A stretch of DNA of 11,567 nucleotides from Candidatus Hydrogenedentota bacterium (GTDB lineage Bacteria; Hydrogenedentota; Hydrogenedentia; Hydrogenedentales; SLHB01): the NCBI GenBank assembly GCA_045863295.1, contig BTWA01000015.1:125508-137074 (forward strand), written 5' to 3'. The first letter of the stretch is position 1, and every line of letters starts with the position of its first letter. The notes beneath the pieces are model-generated. The model ran no database searches and had not been told where the DNA came from. It saw only the letters and a program-made list of their open reading frames with translations. Shown here piece after piece: positions 1 to 7,268 of the stretch. The position numbers and the translations under genes were made by a program.

Positions 1-105
1 CTTGCCCTCTGTCACCGGCAGTGGCTTGCCCGCTGTAACCGGCAGTGGCTTGCCCGCTGTAACCGGCAGTGGCTTGCCCTCTGTCACCGGCAGTGGCTTG
101 CCCGC
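1..105. repeat. 24-bp tandem repeat (at least 4.4 copies, two variants), coding octapeptides on the minus strand
   Basis: CTTGCCCTCTGTCACCGGCAGTGG at 1-24 and 73-96; CTTGCCCGCTGTAACCGGCAGTGG at 25-48 and 49-72; partial CTTGCCCGC at 97-105. No spacers. Confidence 0.97.
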
Positions 106-490
106 AAATAATTCGTGCTGTATCCGCACCGCGAGCTATAAGCAGATCAATCGCACCTTTTCGGTCACCGCAATAGATCACATTGGCGCACGGAACCTTG
201 TACTTTGCGCCATCATCAATAGCGACGAGACTTTTTTTCTCGGCCTCGAACACAATCCACTTTGCATCATCAGTCCAGTCGAGAAGCCTTCCGTCTCCTT
301 CGCCCCATAGGAGACCATGGAGCCCATATCCGCAAACGGGTTTAGGGTTGAAATCACTGCATCGCACCGGACCGGACTCGGGCCATTTGAATCCGTTGGC
401 ATCCGGACTCGGACTGGACATATCGGCTTTACAGGTACGCAGAAGAAGCACCATCTCGGGCTTTTTCGTTTTTTTCTTTCGCTCAGCCAT
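1..490 (-). CDS. Phage protein with an ice-nucleation-protein (InaZ)-like N-terminal domain followed by GQATAG(YS/DR) octapeptide repeats; 3'-partial, runs off the window
   Basis: Not in the ORF track. Manual translation from ATG 490 (in-frame ATGs also at 505 and 511): MAERKKKTKKPEMVLLLRTCKADMSSPSPDANGFKWPESGPVRCSDFNPKPVCGYGLHGLLWGEGDGRLLDWTDDAKWIVFEAEKKSLVAIDDGAKYKVPCANVIYCGDRKGAIDLLIARGADTARIICGQATAGDRGQATAGYSGQATAGYSGQATAGDRGQ..., no stop before base 1, co-oriented with the early operon. Confidence 0.85.
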   Translation of the reverse strand, partial: MAERKKKTKKPEMVLLLRTCKADMSSPSPDANGFKWPESGPVRCSDFNPKPVCGYGLHGLLWGEGDGRLLDWTDDAKWIVFEAEKKSLVAIDDGAKYKVPCANVIYCGDRKGAIDLLIARGADTARIICGQATAGDRGQATAGYSGQATAGYSGQATAGDRGQ

Positions 491-530
491 GGCTAATTTT
501 CTCATCCTCATTGGTTATGGTTTGGGGAGG

Positions 531-575
531 AGGGGCGTCCGGGGAGGGATTCGCGGGCTGGTCCCGGACGCCCCT
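531..575. other. GC-rich intergenic stem-loop (13-bp perfect stem, 19-nt loop)
   Basis: AGGGGCGTCCGGG (531-543) and CCCGGACGCCCCT (563-575) between the nuclease stop and the next start; no U-tract. Confidence 0.7.
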
Positions 576-581
576 TGGCGC

Positions 582-1490
582 TCACGCGGCGGACTCGGTA
601 TCCAACCGCGTGTTTGGGACGTTGTCATCCACCAGCTTCGATCCGAATGGGCACCACTGGCGGACTGAGCAAAACCGCAGACACCGCGTACATTCGCCGC
701 CACGTTGTTCGATCTCTGCGTTGCATCCTTGAGCAGCAGCAAAACGTTCGGCAGCCGCCAGGGTATCGAACGATCCCCCACCTTTCATGGCGCGGACGCC
801 ACCGACTTTTTTCACTGCGTATGTGACGGGCTTTTCCCACCGTTCCTCTGGACTGCATACGGGGAGAACGGTCTCATCCAGTTCAAACGCCTGTTTATGG
901 TCCTGAATCCGTTCGAGGATGTACGCCTCGGCGTCGGATGCGTGCCAAAGGGTTATGGGCACAACCTGGACACTCGATTCCGGGTAGTTCGGCATCGTGC
1001 CTACCCGCGACTGTGACCAGTCGCGCAGAAGAACGACAACCTGGAGGCGGTTCACCGTCTCGCCGTGGTGCTCCAGCAACCAGGCGTACACGTTCAATTG
1101 CCGCTCCCAGTCCTTGTGCTCGCCTTGCTGAAACCCATACACGCTCGTCATCTTGTAGTCCGTGAGCGTGCCGTCCGGCTCCAGTAAATCCATGCGGCCA
1201 CGTAACTGCATGCCGCCGATGGAAACCGCGAATGCCTTCTCTTGCAGCACATTGCTGTCATCGTCGCCCGTCTCCAGGATCCGGTGTACGGACTGGCCCA
1301 TGACCGCCCACACGCGATCGCTGGCGTCCTCGGTGATCTCGTTCCAGTGGGCGAGTTCAAGCTTGCGCACGAGCGGCGGTTTAATCAGATCGGTGACTCC
1401 GATCTGGTGTGTGTGTCTCTCCCGGTTTGCGCCCCGCGACAACACGTCGTACAGAGGTTCCGGTAGATTGTGTTTGTTCGTGATGATCAT
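582..1490 (-). CDS. PD-(D/E)XK nuclease superfamily protein (RecB/Cas4-like phage exonuclease)
   Basis: 302 aa. Motifs GQSVHRILE, RGRMDLL...TDYK (PD-(D/E)xK), QLNVY (QxxxY) and a C-terminal Cys cluster; GGGAG SD upstream; next to ERF. Confidence 0.85.
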   Translation of the reverse strand: MIITNKHNLPEPLYDVLSRGANRERHTHQIGVTDLIKPPLVRKLELAHWNEITEDASDRVWAVMGQSVHRILETGDDDSNVLQEKAFAVSIGGMQLRGRMDLLEPDGTLTDYKMTSVYGFQQGEHKDWERQLNVYAWLLEHHGETVNRLQVVVLLRDWSQSRVGTMPNYPESSVQVVPITLWHASDAEAYILERIQDHKQAFELDETVLPVCSPEERWEKPVTYAVKKVGGVRAMKGGGSFDTLAAAERFAAAQGCNAEIEQRGGECTRCLRFCSVRQWCPFGSKLVDDNVPNTRLDTESAA

Positions 1491-1498
1491 CCCACTCC

Positions 1499-2242
1499 CT
1501 AGAAGCTGTACCGGCGCTTCGCCGCGTTAGAGACCGCGCCCGCCGGTTGCGGAGCGTGCCCGTTGCTGTTGGTTCCGTTCGCCGTGTGGACTTTGCGCAG
1601 GAATGCAAGAAACTGATCCAGACCCATCTTTTCGTTGCACCCTTGGCGCAACAGCGCTTCACGCTTCGCCGGCGGTGTGCGATACTCGGCAAACAACGCT
1701 TGGACCTCGGGGTTCTCGGCTACGTCTGCGTAGGAAATGGATCTGGATGTACCCGATTCCTCTCGCTTGGGTTTTCTGTCTACGACGGCGTCCGCCTCCG
1801 GATCGTCGCCGGTCTCCAGGTTGAGACCTTTCAGGAACCCGTATTTGATGGCGTACGACATTGCCTTGCCAGGCGCTTTGTCCTGCTGGTCCATGCCTTC
1901 GCCAATCATCGGGCCTACGGTGACGCGCTCATCTGGGTTGTCCACGTTCACGAAGTGCATGACCACATGCACGATGCAATGGAAGACGCGCTTTTCGTTC
2001 CCGTTTTTGTCCGGCACAACCATCACTTCCGTCATTTGGTGGATGGTTTCCGGGTAGGCGTATACACCGTGCTTGATCAGGTGTGGGCGAACGGCTCCCA
2101 CCACGTCGTCGTGTTTGGCATACCGGAACCGGCCAAGCATTTCCGGGGCGGTACCGGTTTTTTGGATGTAGGCGACGTCGGCCATCACCGCGAGTAACCG
2201 CTGATGAATGTTGAGCGTCTTTTCGTTGGTTTGGGTGTCCAT
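1499..2242 (-). CDS. erf: ERF-family single-strand annealing recombination protein
   Basis: NIHQRLLAVMADVAYIQK...YAKHDDVVGAVRPHLIKHG...GEGMDQQDKAPGKAMSYAIKY...TGDDPE is typical of ERF. Start placed at ATG 2242 (GGAGG SD, just past the upstream stop at 2245) rather than 2311. Confidence 0.85.
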   Translation of the reverse strand: MDTQTNEKTLNIHQRLLAVMADVAYIQKTGTAPEMLGRFRYAKHDDVVGAVRPHLIKHGVYAYPETIHQMTEVMVVPDKNGNEKRVFHCIVHVVMHFVNVDNPDERVTVGPMIGEGMDQQDKAPGKAMSYAIKYGFLKGLNLETGDDPEADAVVDRKPKREESGTSRSISYADVAENPEVQALFAEYRTPPAKREALLRQGCNEKMGLDQFLAFLRKVHTANGTNSNGHAPQPAGAVSNAAKRRYSF

Positions 2243-2244
2243 GG

Positions 2245-2595
2245 TTATCCCTCCACCGCGACCGGCCGGCGAAGCGGGGTCACGTACTTGCGCACCCAGG
2301 GCCGCTGACACGTCCGGCGCCAGAGAGCGTCGTGCGAATCGACGTGCTCTACGGCGTTGCGTATCAGTTGATCGAGCGAGTCGGGGATTACCCCCTCGTA
2401 AATCGGGCCGCCGTCGTCGGACAGTTCCGACGCTTCGATGCAGCTCTCAGCAACCGCGAGCAAACCCACGGCCGCTTCCATGAATTGCTGTTGGGCGAAT
2501 CCCGAGTGAAGCGCATCCGCCGCTTCTTCTTCTGGATTGTGCCGGCCGATTTCCGCCCGGGTCAGGCGATACCGGCGATCGTCGTACATAGACAT
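2245..2595 (-). CDS. Hypothetical phage protein (116 aa)
   Basis: GGGGAGGA SD before ATG 2595; stop lies 2 nt from the erf start. Confidence 0.7.
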   Translation of the reverse strand: MSMYDDRRYRLTRAEIGRHNPEEEAADALHSGFAQQQFMEAAVGLLAVAESCIEASELSDDGGPIYEGVIPDSLDQLIRNAVEHVDSHDALWRRTCQRPWVRKYVTPLRRPVAVEG

Positions 2596-2664
2596 CTTGC
2601 GATCCTCCCCGCAGCCAGGTAGACTGACTGCGATTCGTTTTGACGCAACGGTTGGCGAGAGCCG

Positions 2665-2973
2665 TCAAACTGACGCTGGCCGTTGCGTTTCGTTTCTTGC
2701 CTCCATCACTATCCGAAGCGCCCCGCGAACCTGCGTTAACAGGTCGGGGTTCCCATCCTGGCTCGTGCTGATGTGCCCAACGATTTCTTCCAGCATCTGA
2801 GCCGTTGCCGTCAGGCCGGATTCACGCGCAATCGGTATCTGGCTCTTGACCATCTGGATCAGGTCATACGTTGGTGTTTCGCTGGTGCCAATCAACCGAT
2901 CCCGTGCCTCAAGCAGCACGTAGTGCAATTCGCGCCATTCGGCGCTCGTCAGCCGTCTCGGAGCCTCTGTCAT
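2665..2973 (-). CDS. Hypothetical phage protein (102 aa, MTEAPRRLTS...)
   Basis: AAGGAGA SD; ATG 2973 overlaps the upstream TGA (ATGA coupling). Trimmed from track ORF 2665..3183. Confidence 0.7.
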   Translation of the reverse strand: MTEAPRRLTSAEWRELHYVLLEARDRLIGTSETPTYDLIQMVKSQIPIARESGLTATAQMLEEIVGHISTSQDGNPDLLTQVRGALRIVMEARNETQRPASV

Positions 2974-3233
2974 GTCATCTCCTTTCCTTGTTTCGCCATG
3001 AACGCTTCCACGCTGTCCAGCGTGATGGCGTGTTTCAGCATCCCCGGAAGCCGCGTCGATACCAGGTCTCCGGCCTCGATGTACGTGCATACCTGGCGTG
3101 TTGAAATACCCAAGAGCTTCGCCACCTGGCCCGTGGTCATCGTCGGCCGCTTTGCCGGCGCCGCACCAAACAGGTGATGGCAAATACGGTCCAGCATTGC
3201 TTCAATCCGGTCCAGTTGTGTTTGCTCCGTCAT
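2970..3233 (-). CDS. Excisionase-like winged HTH (HTH_17/MerR-like) DNA-binding protein
   Basis: MTTGQVAKLLGISTRQVCTYIEAGDLVSTRLPG...ITLDSVEAF pattern; ATGA coupling on both sides. Confidence 0.8.
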   Translation of the reverse strand: MTEQTQLDRIEAMLDRICHHLFGAAPAKRPTMTTGQVAKLLGISTRQVCTYIEAGDLVSTRLPGMLKHAITLDSVEAFMAKQGKEMT

Positions 3234-3478
3234 GTCTCGCTCTCTGCGATAAACGCTTCCAAATCCGCCCGGCGTATCTTCCAGGTCCGCCCACCGGGCG
3301 TCTTCACGCCGTTCAGCGGTATTTCCGGTTCCCGCAGGTACCGGGTCACGGTCTGCTCACTCACACCCAGGATCTCCGCCGCCTCCGGCACGGTCACCCA
3401 GTCCGATAGAACTCGGTCGATCTTCGCCTCCAACCGATCCAGCCGTGAAAGAATCTCGTTCGTCTCCGCCACGGTCAT
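3230..3478 (-). CDS. Excisionase-like winged HTH (HTH_17) DNA-binding protein
   Basis: WVTVPEAAEILGVSEQTVTRYLRE...GVKTPGGRTWKIRRADLEAFI is a clear HTH_17 pattern; ATGA coupling. Confidence 0.85.
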   Translation of the reverse strand: MTVAETNEILSRLDRLEAKIDRVLSDWVTVPEAAEILGVSEQTVTRYLREPEIPLNGVKTPGGRTWKIRRADLEAFIAESET

Positions 3479-3987
3479 TGCAACCCCCGCTTGTGCGCGT
3501 CAGAGAGACTTGCCGCACGCGCGTTCACCCGCCGCGCTTCCTCGGTCTTGCGGACTCGCCGCGAGCGAATAGAGGCCAACGCATCCGCCATGCGGAGCAC
3601 GTCGAGTTCGATCTGTTTCAGTTCATCTTCGTCCGCCACCCCGTCTTCCGCCGAGGCCGCAACCGTCTCCATGAGTTCCGCGGTGCGCGTGCACAAGGTG
3701 TGTATGCTCGTGGATTGCGCCGCGCGCGCTTTCGCCTTCTCCACCTGGTGCGCAATCACATCGGCAACCAACGTCGAGCCAGTCGCTTCGCAAAATGCCG
3801 CCACGGAAACAGCAGGAATATCCCGAATGGGTTTGCCGGTCGTGGGCGAGTCCTGCCACTGCCGGATCGTGTGATCCGCGTAACCCGTGGCCACGTGGAT
3901 GGCCGCAATCGTTTCCGCCACCGACATGCCGGAGTTTTCGATGCTGATACGAACCGCCTCGGCAATGGTCAGCCCCGATGGTTTCAT
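3475..3987 (-). CDS. Phage regulatory protein, CII-like (186/P2-type CII family)
   Basis: N-terminal HTH-like segment, VAAFCEATGS...IA, and C-terminal AEDGVADEDELKQIE pattern; lies downstream of the cro-like genes. Confidence 0.6.
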   Translation of the reverse strand: MKPSGLTIAEAVRISIENSGMSVAETIAAIHVATGYADHTIRQWQDSPTTGKPIRDIPAVSVAAFCEATGSTLVADVIAHQVEKAKARAAQSTSIHTLCTRTAELMETVAASAEDGVADEDELKQIELDVLRMADALASIRSRRVRKTEEARRVNARAASLSDAHKRGLQ

Positions 3988-4175
3988 TGCACGAAATCCC
4001 GCATGGTTTGTGCAGCACTCGATGCCACTATTCCGTCATGACGCACACCCAGTGGCTTCCGGATATCCCGATAGAACTCGGGAGAACGCTCGTAACGGTT
4101 CGCGCACAGGCACAGACCGATCTTCGACTCGGTCCCGTGGTCTACTGGGGTCTGGTGTTCTGGTTCACGACACAT
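3984..4175 (-). CDS. Small hypothetical phage protein (63 aa)
   Basis: GGAGGT SD before ATG 4175; its stop overlaps the next start (ATGA); fills the operon gap. Confidence 0.5.
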   Translation of the reverse strand: MCREPEHQTPVDHGTESKIGLCLCANRYERSPEFYRDIRKPLGVRHDGIVASSAAQTMRDFVQ

Positions 4176-4443
4176 GGGGCATTACCTCCGGCGCTGTCCG
4201 CACAAAAAACAGGGCATCAATGCTGCATTCGAGATACGCCGCAATGAACGGAAGCGCCGAAACAGGTATCCGGTACTCGCCACGCGCCCATTTATCCAAC
4301 GTCGCCTGGTGGATGCCCTTCCCCTGGTACCCATGGTCCGTCATGAACCCCGCCAGCCCCGCCGTGCTCTTGCCATGCGTCCACAGCAGCAACCCAAGGT
4401 CCAGGCTCAACATCCGGAAGTCCCGTTTCACTGCCTTAGCCAT
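4165..4443 (-). CDS. XRE/Cro-type HTH transcriptional regulator (92 aa)
   Basis: GIHQATLDKWARGEYRIPVSALPFIAAYLECSIDALF is an XRE HTH pattern; start at ATG 4443 (GAGGA SD), overlapping the upstream stop. Confidence 0.8.
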   Translation of the reverse strand: MAKAVKRDFRMLSLDLGLLLWTHGKSTAGLAGFMTDHGYQGKGIHQATLDKWARGEYRIPVSALPFIAAYLECSIDALFFVRTAPEVMPHVS

Positions 4444-4699
4444 GAGTAACTTCCTCGGGTGCCGGGCCGTGGATGAGTTGATCCACGGTGATTTCCAGAG
4501 CGGCGGCCAGATCAACTTGGTATGCCGTCTTGATGTTTGTTCGTGCGCCGGATATCCAAGCGTTCATCGCGTGCCAGGAGAACGTGTCCTCCGGGCGCTC
4601 GTGCTGTTCTTGTGCCCGCGCAACCACCTGTTCGGCAGTAAGGCCTCGGATTTCCATCCAGGCCGTAATAGATTCGCGTTGGGTCATCGGAATTTCCAT
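4436..4699 (-). CDS. Cro-like XRE HTH regulator, first gene of the leftward early operon
   Basis: RGLTAEQVVARA...SWHAMNAWISGARTNI...DLAAALEITVDQL; divergent from the cI-like gene. Start may be 4699 or 4687. Confidence 0.8.
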   Translation of the reverse strand: MEIPMTQRESITAWMEIRGLTAEQVVARAQEQHERPEDTFSWHAMNAWISGARTNIKTAYQVDLAAALEITVDQLIHGPAPEEVTHG

Positions 4700-4703
4700 T
4701 TTG

Positions 4704-4782
4704 TGTAGGCTTTGTTGCCTTTCTGTAGTTTAGTGTAGCGTAGAATTCTACAATTGTCAACACAAATGTAGAATAAATGTAG
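4704..4782. promoter_or_regulatory. Operator array of the genetic switch
   Basis: Perfect palindrome GTAGAATTCTAC (4740-4751) in the promoter spacer; TGTAG half-sites at 4704, 4724, 4734, 4767 and 4778; AAATGTAG repeated at 4764 and 4775. Confidence 0.65.
4732..4760 (-). promoter_or_regulatory. Sigma70-type lytic/early promoter
   Basis: Minus strand TTGACA (4760-4755), 17-nt spacer, TACACT (4737-4732). Confidence 0.8.
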
Positions 4783-4815
4783 CTTGGTGTATAAACCAAT
4801 GACAATAAAACGCTT

Positions 4816-5298
4816 ATGAGTTATCTTTTAGGTATGGGTGCGAACGCTGAAGACCGTATTTCTGTGATTCGGGCCGAATTGGATAGTGGCCTTCAGCGCG
4901 AGGGAAACGGCTTCATTCGGCGCGTTGCGGAAAGAGCAAAGTTAACACCAAACTACGTCAGCAACTTTAAGGGCGGTAGGGTGCAGCTGAGCGATTCCGC
5001 CATCAGTAGACTTGAAGCCGCACTAGAACTCGAAAGAAAAGGATTAGGCTACCCGCAGCAATTGCTAGTGGATCACCGGACGGCCCATGGAATTCCCCCT
5101 GTCAAAAATCCGTACACCCACTTGAATCCGATAGACATTACGATGGAAGGGTTGCGGAACCTGCTCGTAATGGCGTCCGATCCCAAAGTGCCGCAAGAAG
5201 AGAAGGCCACGCTGATTCGAACGTCGCTTCAGTACATTTTGAATCACGTGCTTCCGAAGGAACCGGATCAGAAACAAAACCCAACAGACAATACTTGA
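4816..5298 (+). CDS. CI-like prophage repressor (N-terminal HTH, no S24 peptidase domain)
   Basis: IRRVAERAKLTPNYVSNFKGGRVQLSDSAISRLEAAL HTH; divergent from cro across the operator region. Start may be 4816 or 4834. Confidence 0.7.
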   Translation: MSYLLGMGANAEDRISVIRAELDSGLQREGNGFIRRVAERAKLTPNYVSNFKGGRVQLSDSAISRLEAALELERKGLGYPQQLLVDHRTAHGIPPVKNPYTHLNPIDITMEGLRNLLVMASDPKVPQEEKATLIRTSLQYILNHVLPKEPDQKQNPTDNT

Positions 5299-5485
5299 CT
5301 CCCAGTTCGGACATGGCACATTACCCCAGTGGGTACATGCGAGATCGATGGCACTCCAATTCCCAAGTGGAGCGGCCCGCAACCACCGCGTAATGTACAA
5401 CAAAAAAGAACTACTGTCAATATGTTCAGTGGTCTTGCAGTACGCCAATCAGGGTAGTTTCCTAAACCACAAGGGGTTGTAGGTT

Positions 5486-5866
5486 ATGCTCGGCAACACC
5501 CGAAAAGCAGTACTCCTAGCGTTCGCCTTGACCCTCATGGCTGCGTGCGACTCCCCTCAGTCGCGCACCCAAGAAAGCCAGACTGGCTACACCAGGTCGG
5601 CGGAGACCTCACCCGCCTCGACTTCCCCAACCGCTCCTGCCGTCACTTACCAGGCACCGCCGGCCGTCACCCCACCAGCGACCTACCAAGCGCCGGCAAG
5701 GCTCCAGGAAACCCGGACCGCGTCCGTCTATATAGCCCCCTACTCCGGAAAGAAATACCACAGTTCTCCGTCCTGTCGCGGCCTGAACAATGCCGCCAGT
5801 GTGGCCGAAATCAGCCAGTCGACCGCCCAAGGCAGAGGGCTCACCCCATGCAAGATTTGCTGGTGA
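5486..5866 (+). CDS. Lipoprotein with Pro/Thr/Ser linker and a C-terminal Ada-like metal-binding domain
   Basis: Signal peptide with lipobox LMAA-C; low-complexity linker; VYIAPYSGKKYHSSPSC...GLTPCKIC (His + 3 Cys). Confidence 0.75.
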   Translation: MLGNTRKAVLLAFALTLMAACDSPQSRTQESQTGYTRSAETSPASTSPTAPAVTYQAPPAVTPPATYQAPARLQETRTASVYIAPYSGKKYHSSPSCRGLNNAASVAEISQSTAQGRGLTPCKICW

Positions 5867-5875
5867 AACAAAACG

Positions 5876-6946
5876 ATGAACGGTAATTGGCCAGGAAACT
5901 TCACTCAGGACGCTTTCAGAAGCCGTATCGACGACGCCCACTCCGAACACAGAAGCGTCCTGAGACTTGTCATTGCAGCGGTACTGCCTATTGGGATATT
6001 GGTTGGCTACAACTGGACGGGCAAGAGCAACATTATTAGTGCCGTTTTCCTCTTGACAGTGATTACTATACTTTCTCCACGCTACATTCTTAATCCGGTT
6101 TTTGTGTATGCGATTGGGCTCGCCGCAGTCGTTCGCTCTTTCTGGCGTATCCTAACGGGTAATACCCCTGATTGGCCAAACCTCTCGATGTTTGCATCGC
6201 CGTTTGACGCCGGCCCAATTGACAACGCACATGGAACGGAAACAGAGAAACTGTACGGACTCCTGAGTCACGAAAGAGGGTTTTCTATACGCCTTGTACT
6301 GATTGTCGCCTTGCTACTTGGGGGATTTATAGGGTTCACTTGGGCAGACTGGCTCTCGTCACAGAACGAGAACTATTTGCTTTTTGGGTATCTAACCGCC
6401 GCAATATTCTTCGTTATGCGCCAGCGGACACGCATCGACTTCGCAAAGGGGATCGCATTACTTGTCATCAGTCGGCGCTTTATAGTTGGAACTCTGGCTA
6501 TCTCGGGTGTGCTCGTTTCTATAGGCCTATTTATAGTCATTGCCGCACTGATTGTCGGTCGCGCCTTTCCAAGCACAAGGAGCGCCGAAGAACCTCCGGA
6601 AATCAACCTTAGTCCGGATGACCTGCTTCACGATCCGGAATTTCATCTGAGAGTTGAGGCCGCCGAACGTGAATGGTATACCAGTCCCGACACCGGAGAA
6701 CGAGCATGTAGGCTGCAATTGGCGATTTCAAACTCTGGCGATCAAACCGCCGAGACGGCATCTGTGCTTGTGCAATTACTGGATAATTCAAACTCGGTTG
6801 TCGCAACTAAGAGATACGCCGTGGCAGACCCATCCAGGCCCGAAAAGGCCATTCCAGCGAGATCCATAGCCTTTTACGACGTGGACGTAACTGAGTTGCT
6901 GCTCCGCAATGAGTTCGGATCTTTTTTGGTGAAAATGGACTGGTAG
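5876..6946 (+). CDS. Multi-pass membrane protein with a C-terminal Ig-like (FxLYD-like) domain
   Basis: 356 aa with several hydrophobic segments; C-terminal LAISNSGDQTAETASVLVQLLDNSNSVVAT...IPARS beta-sandwich pattern. Confidence 0.7.
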   Translation: MNGNWPGNFTQDAFRSRIDDAHSEHRSVLRLVIAAVLPIGILVGYNWTGKSNIISAVFLLTVITILSPRYILNPVFVYAIGLAAVVRSFWRILTGNTPDWPNLSMFASPFDAGPIDNAHGTETEKLYGLLSHERGFSIRLVLIVALLLGGFIGFTWADWLSSQNENYLLFGYLTAAIFFVMRQRTRIDFAKGIALLVISRRFIVGTLAISGVLVSIGLFIVIAALIVGRAFPSTRSAEEPPEINLSPDDLLHDPEFHLRVEAAEREWYTSPDTGERACRLQLAISNSGDQTAETASVLVQLLDNSNSVVATKRYAVADPSRPEKAIPARSIAFYDVDVTELLLRNEFGSFLVKMDW

Positions 6947-7268
6947 GAGTCACTTACTAATGACCGGGTGCCTCGCAATAGTCGCCATCGAGGCCTTGCT
7001 CATGATTGGCTTTGTCAGACAAGAGGTGAATCACCTGGCCGCGACTTGCTTGGATGCCTCGATAATATCATCCACCAAACGCGACCGATCTAATTCATCA
7101 TCCGCGCTATATACTTTTAGGCCGGCATCCTTTACGAACAACAAAGGGTCGTAGCCAGCCTCAATATATCTAATTATGTATTACACGTTTGGCTGGAATA
7201 AGCCGACGTAACATAGAGAAAACCGAGTCTAGTTGTTACGCGGCAGCGAAGAAAAACAGTGATTTGGC

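Noticed and set aside
1..105. CRISPR array
   Set aside because: Repeats are contiguous with no spacers and encode in-frame octapeptides.
2..310. Plus-strand ORF MPSVTGSGLPAV...
   Set aside because: Antisense shadow of the minus-strand repeat gene; opposes the operon direction.
582..1490. cas4 of a CRISPR-Cas locus
   Set aside because: No cas1/cas2 or array in the window; the ERF-linked phage context indicates a recombination exonuclease.
1547..4708. Long plus-strand ORFs (1547..2197, 3445..4041, 3887..4708 and others)
   Set aside because: Antisense shadows of the tightly coupled minus-strand operon in GC-rich DNA; no recognisable motifs.
5348..5482. 44-aa ORF MALQFPSGAARNH... between cI and the lipoprotein
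   Set aside because: No convincing SD or motif; cannot be supported from the sequence alone.
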